Positions 1 through 8,095 of a stretch of DNA of 64,000 nucleotides are shown here, piece by piece. How positions within the stretch are numbered: position 1 is the first letter of the stretch; every line of letters begins with the position of its first letter. The notes below the pieces were generated by a model. It ran no database searches. It was not told the DNA's origin and saw only the letters and a program-made list of their open reading frames with translations. The stretch is from Rubrivivax sp. (GTDB lineage Bacteria > Pseudomonadota > Gammaproteobacteria > Burkholderiales > Burkholderiaceae_C): contig JASGHA010000004.1 of assembly GCA_049841175.1 (NCBI GenBank), positions 38,077 through 102,076 of the forward strand, in the 5' to 3' direction. Position numbers and translations under genes: made by a program.

Positions 1-1
1 G

Positions 2-973
2 CAGTACGACTACACGCCGGGCTCGGCCAGCGCGATCCGGCCGACCGAAGGCACGATCGTCGAGCGCATCGCGCCGCGGCTGGAAGTGCGCCGCGACGCC
101 GAGCTGGAGCTGCCGCACATCCTCGTGCTGATCGACGACCCGGCGCGCACCGTCATCGAGCCGCTGGCCGCCGCGCGTGAGCGCCTGGCGCCGCTGTACG
201 ACACGGCGCTGATGCTGGGCGGCGGCCGCGTCGCCGGCTTCGCGCCCGACGCCGGCCTGCAGGCGCAGGCCCTGGCCGCGCTGCAGGCGCTGGGCGACGC
301 CGACGCCTTCGCCGCGCGCCACGGCCTGCCGGCGCGTACGGCACCGATGCTGTTCGCCGTCGGCGACGGCAACCACTCGCTGGCCACCGCCAAGGCGAAC
401 TGGGACCGCCTCAAGGCCAGCGCCGGCCCCGACCATCCGGCGCGCTGGGCGCTGGTGGAGGTGGAGAACATCCACGACCCGGCGATGGAGTTCGCGCCGA
501 TCCACCGCCTGCTGATCGGCGTGACGGTGGACCTGCGCGCCGCGCTGGCGGCGCACTTCGGTGAGCGCGTGCAGATCGTCGAGCAGCCCGACGCCGCGGC
601 GATGCGTGCCGCGCTCGCCGCCCAGCCGCGTTTGTTGCACGCCGCCGGCCTGCTGCAGCCGGGCGGCCGCAACGCGCTGGTCGTCGTGCACGGCGCGCCA
701 GCGGCGCAGCTGGACGTCGCCAGCTTCCAGGGTTTCGTCGACGCGCTGCTGGCGCAGGGCGGGGCCCAGGAGGTCGACTACGTGCACGGCGACGAGGCGC
801 TGGCTCGGCTGACCGCGCAGGACGGCCACGCCGGCCTGCACCTGGCGACGCTGGGCAAGAGCGAGCTGATCGCACGCGTCGCGCGGCACGGGCCGCTGCC
901 GCGCAAGAGCTTCTCGATGGGCGAGGCCGACGAGAAGCGCTTTTATCTCGAAGCGCGTCGCATCCGGCCGTAG
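2..973 (+). CDS. DUF1015 family protein (5' end outside the window)
   Basis: Frame is open from base 2 (QYDYTPGSASAIRPTEGTIVERIAPRLEVR). Contains AVGDGNHSLATAK, LVEVENIHD and a C-terminal LPRKSFSMGEADEKRFYLE, typical of DUF1015. Confidence 0.8.
   Translation, partial: QYDYTPGSASAIRPTEGTIVERIAPRLEVRRDAELELPHILVLIDDPARTVIEPLAAARERLAPLYDTALMLGGGRVAGFAPDAGLQAQALAALQALGDADAFAARHGLPARTAPMLFAVGDGNHSLATAKANWDRLKASAGPDHPARWALVEVENIHDPAMEFAPIHRLLIGVTVDLRAALAAHFGERVQIVEQPDAAAMRAALAAQPRLLHAAGLLQPGGRNALVVVHGAPAAQLDVASFQGFVDALLAQGGAQEVDYVHGDEALARLTAQDGHAGLHLATLGKSELIARVARHGPLPRKSFSMGEADEKRFYLEARRIRP
896..973 (+). repeat. 78-bp direct repeat, copy 1 (3' end of the DUF1015 gene)
   Basis: ctgccgcgcaagagcttctcgatgggcgaggccgacgagaagcgcttttatctcgaagcgcgtcgcatccggccgtag matches 3814-3891 with 4 mismatches. 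Confidence 0.95.
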
Positions 974-1002
974 ACGGGCGGGGCGCCGGCCCGCGCCACC
1001 TC

Positions 1003-1008
1003 TAGAAT
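1003..1008 (+). promoter_or_regulatory. Putative sigma70 -10 box (TAGAAT) of a near-leaderless uORF transcript
   Basis: TAGAAT lies 9 nt before the TTG start, with identical spacing in the paralogous module (14403-14408). Confidence 0.45.
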
Positions 1009-1017
1009 CACCTGATC

Positions 1018-1392
1018 TTGAGCAAGCGCCATCCCCTCGTCCCCTGGCTCGCCGCACTGGTGATCCTGGTGGCGACGCTGGCGCCGTCGGTGTCGCAGGC
1101 GCTGGGGTTCGCTCGCAGCGCCGCAGCGGTGGAGATCTGCACCGCGCAGGGCTCGGTGTGGGTCGACGCCGATACCGGCGACGAGACGGGCGGCCCGGTC
1201 AGCGTTGCTCACTTGTTCGAGCACTGCCCGTTCTGCTCGCTGCACGCTCCGGCGCTGGGCCTGCCACCGGCGCCGCTGGCGCTGCCTGGCGCGCCGCTGG
1301 GCGCCGAGCCGGTGCCGCGCGCCTTCCTGGCGGCCGCCCGCACGCCGCACGCCTGGGTCACGGCCCAACCGCGCGCACCGCCGCGGGTCTGA
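1018..1392 (+). CDS. DUF2946 family CruR-like regulatory uORF (CxxC, C-terminal RAPP arrest motif)
   Basis: N-terminal hydrophobic helix, EICT, HCPFCSLH and the ending QPRAPPRV; lies directly upstream of a TonB-dependent receptor. Confidence 0.85.
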   Translation: MSKRHPLVPWLAALVILVATLAPSVSQALGFARSAAAVEICTAQGSVWVDADTGDETGGPVSVAHLFEHCPFCSLHAPALGLPPAPLALPGAPLGAEPVPRAFLAAARTPHAWVTAQPRAPPRV

Positions 1393-1480
1393 ACGACCCG
1401 CTGACGCGCCGCTGCGGCCGTCACGCCTTCCGCACCGGGCATCCCGGCCCGCCCCGTCCAGACCGTCCGTCGGCAGTGGC
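1393..1480 (+). promoter_or_regulatory. Conserved post-uORF leader element (hairpin plus C-rich tract)
   Basis: ccgctgacgcgccgctgcggccgtcacgccttccgc...tcccggcccgcc is shared with 14799-14885; contains the hairpin TGACG-C-GCCGC-T-GCGGC-CGTCA. Confidence 0.5.
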
Positions 1481-1590
1481 CTCGCTGCCGCGACCGTTCA
1501 GGGCGCGGTGCGACCGAATGTCGTTCGCCGGCCCCTTGCGTCCCCGTACCGCCGCCGACGGCTCCTTCTCAAAATATCTCGAAGCCACCC

Positions 1591-3765
1591 ATGAAAAATA
1601 CCAAGTTCACTGCCGCAGCCCCTCGCCGGTCTGTGCTGAGTGCCGCTCTGACTGCTGCGCTCTGTTCGGGCGCCTGGGCTCAGGACATTCAGCAACTGCC
1701 GACGGTGACGGTTTTCGGAGAGCGCTTGTCACCTTTTGGCAGTTCGCTCAACGGGGATAACCTGGGCAGCCGGCGGTTTGCCACCAACGATACCGCCGCG
1801 TTGCTCGAAGGTACTCCCGGGGTCAGCCTCTATACCGGCGGCGGCGTCTCCAGCCTTCCCGTCATCAATGGCCTGGGCGACGATCGTCTGAAGATTACGG
1901 TGGACGGCATGAGCATCACCTCGGCCTGCCCCAACCACATGAATCCCGCCTTGTCCTACATCGATCCGGCGGCCGTCGCACAACTCAACGTCTACGCCGG
2001 CATCGTTCCCGTGAGCCAAGGCGGCGACAGCATCGGCGGCGCCATCGTGGTGAAGTCCGCACCGCCGGTTTTCGCCCAGCCGGGCGAAGGGCTCAAGACC
2101 TCCGGGGGCGTCAGCGCATTCCATCGCAGCAATGGCGGCGTGAACGGCGTCAGCGTTCAGGCGAATGCCGCGAGCGAGAAATTCGCCATCGGCTATGTCG
2201 GCAACACGGTCGAGGCCGGCAACTACGAGGACGGGAATGGGCGGGAACTCGCGGCCAGCCGCTACAAGGTGCACAACCATGCGCTGAACTTTGCTGCGCT
2301 CTCCGGTTCGGATCTGTGGACGGCCGCCATCGGTTTTCAAGACATCCCTTACCAGGGTTATCCGAATCAATCGATGGACATGACGTCCAACAAGAGCCTG
2401 TCGATCAACATCGGCTACGCCGGGACGTTCGACTGGGGCGCCCTCGAAGCCCGTGTCTTCCGTCAGCGCGTCCGTCACAAGATGGACGTCCTGCCGGACA
2501 AGGCGGAAGCCGCCGGTTTCGCCGCCGCGGATTCCTACATGCCCATGGACACCCGCGCTGTCGACCTCGGCTATTCGCTCGTCGGCACCGTGACGCTCGA
2601 TGGCGGCCAGGTCGCGAGATTCGGCCACGAGTTCCACCGCTACACCCTGGACGACTGGTGGCCGCCTCTGGCGGGCTCCGGTGCGATGGAGCCCGACACC
2701 TTCTGGAACGTCAAGGACGGGCGGCGCGACCGCCTGGCCTTGTTCTCCGAACTGGACACGAAGATCGACGACAGGTGGTCGACCCAGATCGGCGCGCGCG
2801 TTGAACGCGTGGCGATGAACACAGGTGACGTCCAGGGTTACTACGACGCGACTGCGCCGTATGGCGATGCCTACGAGTCGGATGCTGCGGCCTTCAATGC
2901 GAAGAGCCACAAGCGCAGCGACTGGAATCTCGATTTGACCGCTTCCGCGCGCTATGTGCGCAGCGACCGGGAAACCTACGACCTGGGTTTCTCGCGGAAG
3001 ACCCGATCACCCAATCTGCACGAGCGCTATACCTGGTCCAGCGAAGCGATGATGGCCGGCCTGATGAACAACTGGTTCGGCGACCTCAACTCCTACGTCG
3101 GGAATCTGAATCTCAAGCCCGAAGTGGCTTACAGCCTGAAGGCCAGCGCTGATTGGCACGATGCCGCCCGCCAGGATTGGCAACTCAAGGTGGTGCCCTT
3201 CTTCACCTATGTCCACGACTACATCAACGCGACCCCGAACACGTCGTCGAACATGTACAACATGAGCGGCCTCGTCGGGCGCAAGTCCCTGACCTTTGCC
3301 AACCAGGATGCCCGGCTGTACGGGATCGACGTCGCCGCCAGAAAATATCTGGGGAAAGCCGGTGGTGATTGGACGATGCGCGCTGCCGTAAACTACACGC
3401 GAGGCAAGACGACGGCCGGCGACAATCTCTACAACATCATGCCGCTGAACGCTCGGGTGGCCGTCGACCACGCCCTCGAAGCTTGGTCGAACTCGCTTGA
3501 AGCGGTGCTCGTGCGTGCCAAGAAGGACGTCAGCGAAGTGCGCGCCGAGCAAGCGACCGCCGGGTATGCGATCGTGAATTATCGAGGTAGTTACAAGTTC
3601 AGCGAGACCGTCCGACTGGACGCCGGCATCGATAACCTGCTGAATCGGCAATACGATCTGCCGCTGGGCGGGCTGGAATATGCCAGCGCCAGCATGACGA
3701 GCGCTCCTCAGCCGGTGCGCGCGATGGGTCGCTCGTTCAACGTCGGGCTCACGGTCAGCTTCTGA
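1591..3765 (+). CDS. TonB-dependent receptor, putative copper receptor (OprC/NosA-like)
   Basis: Signal peptide, TonB-box-like TVTVFG, plug motif ITSACPNHMNP (CxxxM), C-terminal GIDNLLNRQY...GRSFNVGLTVSF ending in Phe. Confidence 0.85.
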   Translation: MKNTKFTAAAPRRSVLSAALTAALCSGAWAQDIQQLPTVTVFGERLSPFGSSLNGDNLGSRRFATNDTAALLEGTPGVSLYTGGGVSSLPVINGLGDDRLKITVDGMSITSACPNHMNPALSYIDPAAVAQLNVYAGIVPVSQGGDSIGGAIVVKSAPPVFAQPGEGLKTSGGVSAFHRSNGGVNGVSVQANAASEKFAIGYVGNTVEAGNYEDGNGRELAASRYKVHNHALNFAALSGSDLWTAAIGFQDIPYQGYPNQSMDMTSNKSLSINIGYAGTFDWGALEARVFRQRVRHKMDVLPDKAEAAGFAAADSYMPMDTRAVDLGYSLVGTVTLDGGQVARFGHEFHRYTLDDWWPPLAGSGAMEPDTFWNVKDGRRDRLALFSELDTKIDDRWSTQIGARVERVAMNTGDVQGYYDATAPYGDAYESDAAAFNAKSHKRSDWNLDLTASARYVRSDRETYDLGFSRKTRSPNLHERYTWSSEAMMAGLMNNWFGDLNSYVGNLNLKPEVAYSLKASADWHDAARQDWQLKVVPFFTYVHDYINATPNTSSNMYNMSGLVGRKSLTFANQDARLYGIDVAARKYLGKAGGDWTMRAAVNYTRGKTTAGDNLYNIMPLNARVAVDHALEAWSNSLEAVLVRAKKDVSEVRAEQATAGYAIVNYRGSYKFSETVRLDAGIDNLLNRQYDLPLGGLEYASASMTSAPQPVRAMGRSFNVGLTVSF

Positions 3766-3813
3766 GCGCCGTTTCAACGGCCTGAACGAGTTCGCCCCGG
3801 CCCGCGAAGGCTT

Positions 3814-3891
3814 CTGCCGCGCAAGCGCTTCTCGATGGGCGAGGCCGACGAGAAGCGCTTCTATCTCGAAGCGCGCCGCATCCTGCCGTAG
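3814..3891 (+). repeat. 78-bp direct repeat, copy 2 (orphan duplicate of the DUF1015 3' end)
   Basis: 74 of 78 bases identical to 896-973, including the stop codon. Confidence 0.95.
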
Positions 3892-3894
3892 CGC

Positions 3895-4515
3895 TCAGCC
3901 CGGCGCGTGCTCGCGGTGCGGCGCCAGGCGCTGCAGCTCGTCGGGCAGGCGCTGCTGCAGCGCCGCGGCGGCGAACACCTGGCCGCCGTGGGCATGCGCG
4001 AAGCTGGCGGCATCGCCCTGGCTCGCGAAGGCCGGCAGGTTCAGCCGGCGCATCGGCCCGGCGGCGGTCGAGCCGTGCACGAAATGCGCCCGCGCCAGCG
4101 GCAGCCAGCCGCGGCCGTCGTGGGCCTGCACCCAGACGCCGGCGATGTCCTCGCGCCGGCGCCCGCGTGCGTGGCGCGGCACGGCCTGCAGGTAGTGGAA
4201 CAGGCACAGCGGCGAGTCGGTGAAGTGCGCGTGGCCGTCGGCGTAACGCACCTCGCTGGCCCAGCGCGGCCAGCGGGCGGCATACATGCCGCAGACGGGG
4301 CAGCGCGCTTCGGCCGGCACCGCGGCCGGGCGCTCGGGCGTGGCGACGTCCAGCCTCTCGGGCGCCCAGGTCGGCGCGCTGATGCAGACCTCGCCCGGGC
4401 CGTCGTCGCCGGCGTCGGCGGCCGGCTGACGTTCACGCCGCGCCCAGGCGGCGGCGCCCATGCCGGCGCAGGCGGCCAGCGCGGCGGCGGCCAGCAGGCG
4501 GCGGCGGGAGCACAT
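3895..4515 (-). CDS. nosL: NosL family copper chaperone, second paralogue (CPVCGM type)
   Basis: ATG at 4515 (MCSRRRLLAAAALAAC); motifs RCPVCGM, FTDSPLCLFHY, FVHGS...GPM...PAF; last gene of the nos operon. Confidence 0.75.
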   Translation of the reverse strand: MCSRRRLLAAAALAACAGMGAAAWARRERQPAADAGDDGPGEVCISAPTWAPERLDVATPERPAAVPAEARCPVCGMYAARWPRWASEVRYADGHAHFTDSPLCLFHYLQAVPRHARGRRREDIAGVWVQAHDGRGWLPLARAHFVHGSTAAGPMRRLNLPAFASQGDAASFAHAHGGQVFAAAALQQRLPDELQRLAPHREHAPG

Positions 4516-5066
4516 CACATGCGGCCGTCGTGGCGCACGCCGCCCGACAGGTCCACGTCCTCGGCCTTGATCGCGGCGAAGGCCAGCACCTTGCCGCCGT
4601 TCTTCGTCGCGAAGGCCTGGGCGTCGGCGACGTTGGCGAAGCCGGCCGAGGTCGGCCCCATCGAGCCATGTTTGCGGCTGCCGAGCACGAAGGTCGCGGT
4701 CTTGGCATCGATCCAGTGGCCGACCGGGCGCTCCCAGTCGGCCTGGGCCATGTCCTGCACCCAGGCGGCGGCCACCGGGCGCACCTGCTCGGGCGCGATC
4801 AGCGTCGACAGCAGCTCGGTGGCGTCGCAGAACCAGACGGTCTGGTCGCTGTCCTTGTAGCGCAGCTGGCCCTTGGGGCCGCCGTAGTCGGCCAGCAGCA
4901 TGCCGTCGAGCGCGCAGCTGGTCTTGGCGTCGGCCTCGATCGGCGCCAGCGCGGCACCGGAGCTGCCGCCGCGGCTGCAGGCGCCCAGCCCGACGGCCAG
5001 CAGGCCGGCGCAGCCGCACAGCAGGCGGCGGCGGGTGAGGGCGGTTTGAAGAGTCGATTCGGTCAC
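4515..5066 (-). CDS. nosL: Nitrous oxide reductase accessory lipoprotein NosL
   Basis: GTG start overlapping the nosY stop; lipobox LGAC; CALDGMLLADYGGPKGQ, FVLGSRKHGSMGP. Confidence 0.9.
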   Translation of the reverse strand: MTESTLQTALTRRRLLCGCAGLLAVGLGACSRGGSSGAALAPIEADAKTSCALDGMLLADYGGPKGQLRYKDSDQTVWFCDATELLSTLIAPEQVRPVAAAWVQDMAQADWERPVGHWIDAKTATFVLGSRKHGSMGPTSAGFANVADAQAFATKNGGKVLAFAAIKAEDVDLSGGVRHDGRM

Positions 5067-5890
5067 GGCTTGAACCTCCAGGCCGCCGCGGCCAGCGGCA
5101 GCACGATCCAGACACACATCGCCCCGCCCAGCCGCCAGGGGTCGGCCAGCGCGGGCGGCACGACGCTCGCCAGCCCGTAGAGGCGGCGCACGTCGTCCAG
5201 CGAGAACACGTTGAGCACGCGGAACACGTCCGCCGGGTTGGCCAGCAGCAGCCAGGCCGCGAAGTCGCCGCCCCATTCGCCGCCCGAGGCCACCAGCAGG
5301 CCCAGCAGCACGAGGTCGAAGACGAGCACGAAGACGAACCACAGCGCGATCGCCAGCCCCGAGGCCTGGGCGCGGTCGCGCGCCAGCACCGACACGAGCG
5401 TCGCCAGGCTCAGGAAGGACAGGCCCAGCAGCACGGCGCTGAAGACGAAGCCGCCGTAGTGCAGCAGCGCGGCGTCGCCGAAACGCTGCACCAGCACGAC
5501 GGCGACGACGGCGAAGCCGGCGCAGGTCGACAGCGCCAGCGCCGCGGCCAGGCCGGCGAACTTGCCGACCAGCAGCTCCAGCCGCGTGATCGGCAGCGAC
5601 AGCAGCAGGTCCAGCGAGCCGCGCTCGCGCTCGCCGACGATGGCGTCGAAGCCCAGCAGCAGCGCGATCAGCGGCACCAGGTAGATCACCAGGCTGACCA
5701 GGCTGGCGATCGTCAGCTCCAGGCTGCGCGGGCCGATCTGGCCTTGCGCCGCCGAGCCGAAGTACGTGATGGCCAGCGATAACACGGTGAACACCACCGC
5801 GACGACCAGCACCCAGCGGTTGCGCAGCCGGTCGCGGAACTCCTTGGCGGCCAGCGCGCCGGCCTGGCGGAACTCGAAACGCGCGTTCAT
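5063..5890 (-). CDS. nosY: NosY ABC transporter permease
   Basis: AKEFRDRLRNRW, LLGFDAIVGERERGSLDLLLSLP, multiple transmembrane helices; ATG at 5890. Confidence 0.92.
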   Translation of the reverse strand: MNARFEFRQAGALAAKEFRDRLRNRWVLVVAVVFTVLSLAITYFGSAAQGQIGPRSLELTIASLVSLVIYLVPLIALLLGFDAIVGERERGSLDLLLSLPITRLELLVGKFAGLAAALALSTCAGFAVVAVVLVQRFGDAALLHYGGFVFSAVLLGLSFLSLATLVSVLARDRAQASGLAIALWFVFVLVFDLVLLGLLVASGGEWGGDFAAWLLLANPADVFRVLNVFSLDDVRRLYGLASVVPPALADPWRLGGAMCVWIVLPLAAAAWRFKP

Positions 5891-5892
5891 GC

Positions 5893-6861
5893 CTACACCT
5901 CCTGGCGGACGGTGGCGGACACCAGCACCGGCAGCTCGCCGCCTTGCTGCAGCCCGAAATAGACGTCTTCCAGCGACGGCTCGCGCACGACGAGGTCGTC
6001 CAGCCCGGCGCCGGCCAGGCGCGCCAGCAGCGCCATCTTCTGCGGCCGCGGGCACTCCAGCAGCGCCCGCTCGCCGTCGCGGTTGACGAAACGCACGCCC
6101 GGGGGCAGCGAGCCTGCGAGCCCGGCGATGGCCGCCGCTACGCCGCTGATCTGCACCCGCAGCGGTTGCGCCGAACGTTCGCGCAGCGCCTGCACGCTGC
6201 CCTGGGCGCGCACGCGGCCCTGGGCCAGCAGCGCCAGCGCGTCCACACGCTTCTGCAGCTCGGCCAGGATGTGCGAGCTGACGACGATCGTCGTGCCGCG
6301 CGCGCGCAGCGCATCCAGCTCGGCATAGAACTCGCGCACCGCCAGCGGGTCCAGGCCGGTGGTCGGTTCGTCCAGCAGCAGCAGCTTCGGCTCCCCGAGC
6401 AGCGCCTGGGCGAAACCGAGCCGCTGGCGCATGCCCTTGGAGTAACTGCGCACCGGGCGCGAGGCCGCGGCGCCCAGGCCCACGCGTTCCAGCAGCGGCG
6501 CGCATTCGGCCGCCGGTGCGCCCTTCAGCCGGGCGAACAGCCGCATCGTCTCGACGCCGCTCAGGTTGTCCCAGAGCACCAGGTTCTCGGGCAGGTAGCC
6601 GATGCTGCGCCGCACCTCGCGGAACCGGCGGCCGCCGACGTCGACGCCGCCCACCGTCACGCGGCCGGCGCTGGGTTGGATCAGGCCGAGCAGCAGCTTG
6701 AACAAGGTGCTCTTGCCGGCGCCGTTGTGGCCGACGAGCGCGAACAGCGTGCCCGCCGGCACGGCGAGCTCGATGCCGTCGAGCGCCTGCACCGTCTGGC
6801 TGCGGCCGCGGTAGCACTTGCCGACGCCGTGCAGCGCCAGCGCTTCAGCGTGTGCGTTCAA
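5893..6861 (-). CDS. nosF: NosF ABC transporter ATP-binding protein
   Basis: Walker A GHNGAGKST, signature YSKGMRQR, Walker B LLLLDEPT; lies between nosD and nosY. Confidence 0.92.
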   Translation of the reverse strand: MNAHAEALALHGVGKCYRGRSQTVQALDGIELAVPAGTLFALVGHNGAGKSTLFKLLLGLIQPSAGRVTVGGVDVGGRRFREVRRSIGYLPENLVLWDNLSGVETMRLFARLKGAPAAECAPLLERVGLGAAASRPVRSYSKGMRQRLGFAQALLGEPKLLLLDEPTTGLDPLAVREFYAELDALRARGTTIVVSSHILAELQKRVDALALLAQGRVRAQGSVQALRERSAQPLRVQISGVAAAIAGLAGSLPPGVRFVNRDGERALLECPRPQKMALLARLAGAGLDDLVVREPSLEDVYFGLQQGGELPVLVSATVRQEV

Positions 6862-8095
6862 TCCATTCGCTCCCGTTAGTGTGGCCCGGCGTCATCGCCG
6901 GGCGGTCGTCGACGACGCTGGGCACACGCAGCACCGGAAACTGCTGCGCCAAGAGGCGCAGCGCCTGCACCGCCGGGCTGCCCATCAGCAGGCGCAGCGC
7001 CGGGTGGCGGTTCTGCAGCCGGTCGACGACGTCGTTGGCCTCGTAGGGCACGTCGCCGACGCCGTCGCCGTCGCGGTCCCAGCCGAGGTAGTTGCTGAAG
7101 AAGTTGCCGCCGTTCCAGTGCTCGTCGCGGCCGCCGACGTAGCGCACCTGCTCGCGGTTGGCGATGAAGTCGTTGTGCTCGACGGTGTTGCGTGTCGAGC
7201 CGGCGGCCAGGTGCACGCCGACGGCGTTGCCGACGATCAGGTTGCGGCGCAGCGTCGCGTACTCGACGTCGTAGATGAAGAAGCCGCGCTCGTTGCCGGC
7301 GACGACGTTGTCCTCGACGACCGAGTCCTGCAGCGTGCGCAGCATGATGCCGTGGTCGCTGTTGCCCCAGGTGCGGTTGCGGCGCACCACCTGGTCGCGC
7401 ACCTCCATCAGCGCCAGCCCGCCGCGGTTGGCCCAGCTGTCGTTGTCCTCCCACAGGTTGCGGTAGGAGTTCATGTAGTGCGTGCCGTAGCGGCTGTGGT
7501 GCAGCCGGTTGCCGCGGAACACGGCGTCGTGCGAGACGTCGACGTACAGCGCGTCTCGCACGAAGCTGATCTGGTTGCCGACGATCTGCGCGCGCAGCGT
7601 GTTGTAGAGCTGCACGCCGTTGCCGCGCTGCGCCGAGTTCAGGTCGCGCAGGCCGGTGATGACGTTGTCCTCGACGCGCACGTTGTTGGCCTTCTCGATC
7701 CACAGCCCGAAGAGGTTGTAGGTCAGGTCGCAGCGGCGGATGACGGCGCGGTGCGCTCCCGGCTGCACGTAGATGCCGGCCTGCTGGTCGACGAGGCTGT
7801 GGCCCGAGTCGCGCACGATCAGGCCCTCGATCGTGACGTCGGTGGCGCGGATGCGGATGACGTCGCCGCGCTGGCCGCCGGAGATCGTCGGCCGGTCGAC
7901 GCCGCGCAGCGTCAGCGGCTTGTCGATGACGAGCTGGGTGTCGTAGCGCCCGCGCTCGATCTCGACGACGTCGCCGGCCGCGGCGCGCGCCACCGTGCCG
8001 GCCAGGTCGCCGCCCGGCGCCACGCGCCAGGTCGCGGCCCAGGCCGGCGCCGTGACCAGCGCCACGGTGCAGGCGAGCGCGCGAAGGTGTTTCAT
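6845..8095 (-). CDS. nosD: NosD periplasmic maturation protein (beta-helix)
   Basis: ATG at 8095 overlaps the nosR stop; RGNGVQLYN, RYGTHYM, GNFFSNYLGWDRDGDGVGDVPY. Confidence 0.93.
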   Translation of the reverse strand: MKHLRALACTVALVTAPAWAATWRVAPGGDLAGTVARAAAGDVVEIERGRYDTQLVIDKPLTLRGVDRPTISGGQRGDVIRIRATDVTIEGLIVRDSGHSLVDQQAGIYVQPGAHRAVIRRCDLTYNLFGLWIEKANNVRVEDNVITGLRDLNSAQRGNGVQLYNTLRAQIVGNQISFVRDALYVDVSHDAVFRGNRLHHSRYGTHYMNSYRNLWEDNDSWANRGGLALMEVRDQVVRRNRTWGNSDHGIMLRTLQDSVVEDNVVAGNERGFFIYDVEYATLRRNLIVGNAVGVHLAAGSTRNTVEHNDFIANREQVRYVGGRDEHWNGGNFFSNYLGWDRDGDGVGDVPYEANDVVDRLQNRHPALRLLMGSPAVQALRLLAQQFPVLRVPSVVDDRPAMTPGHTNGSEWIERTR

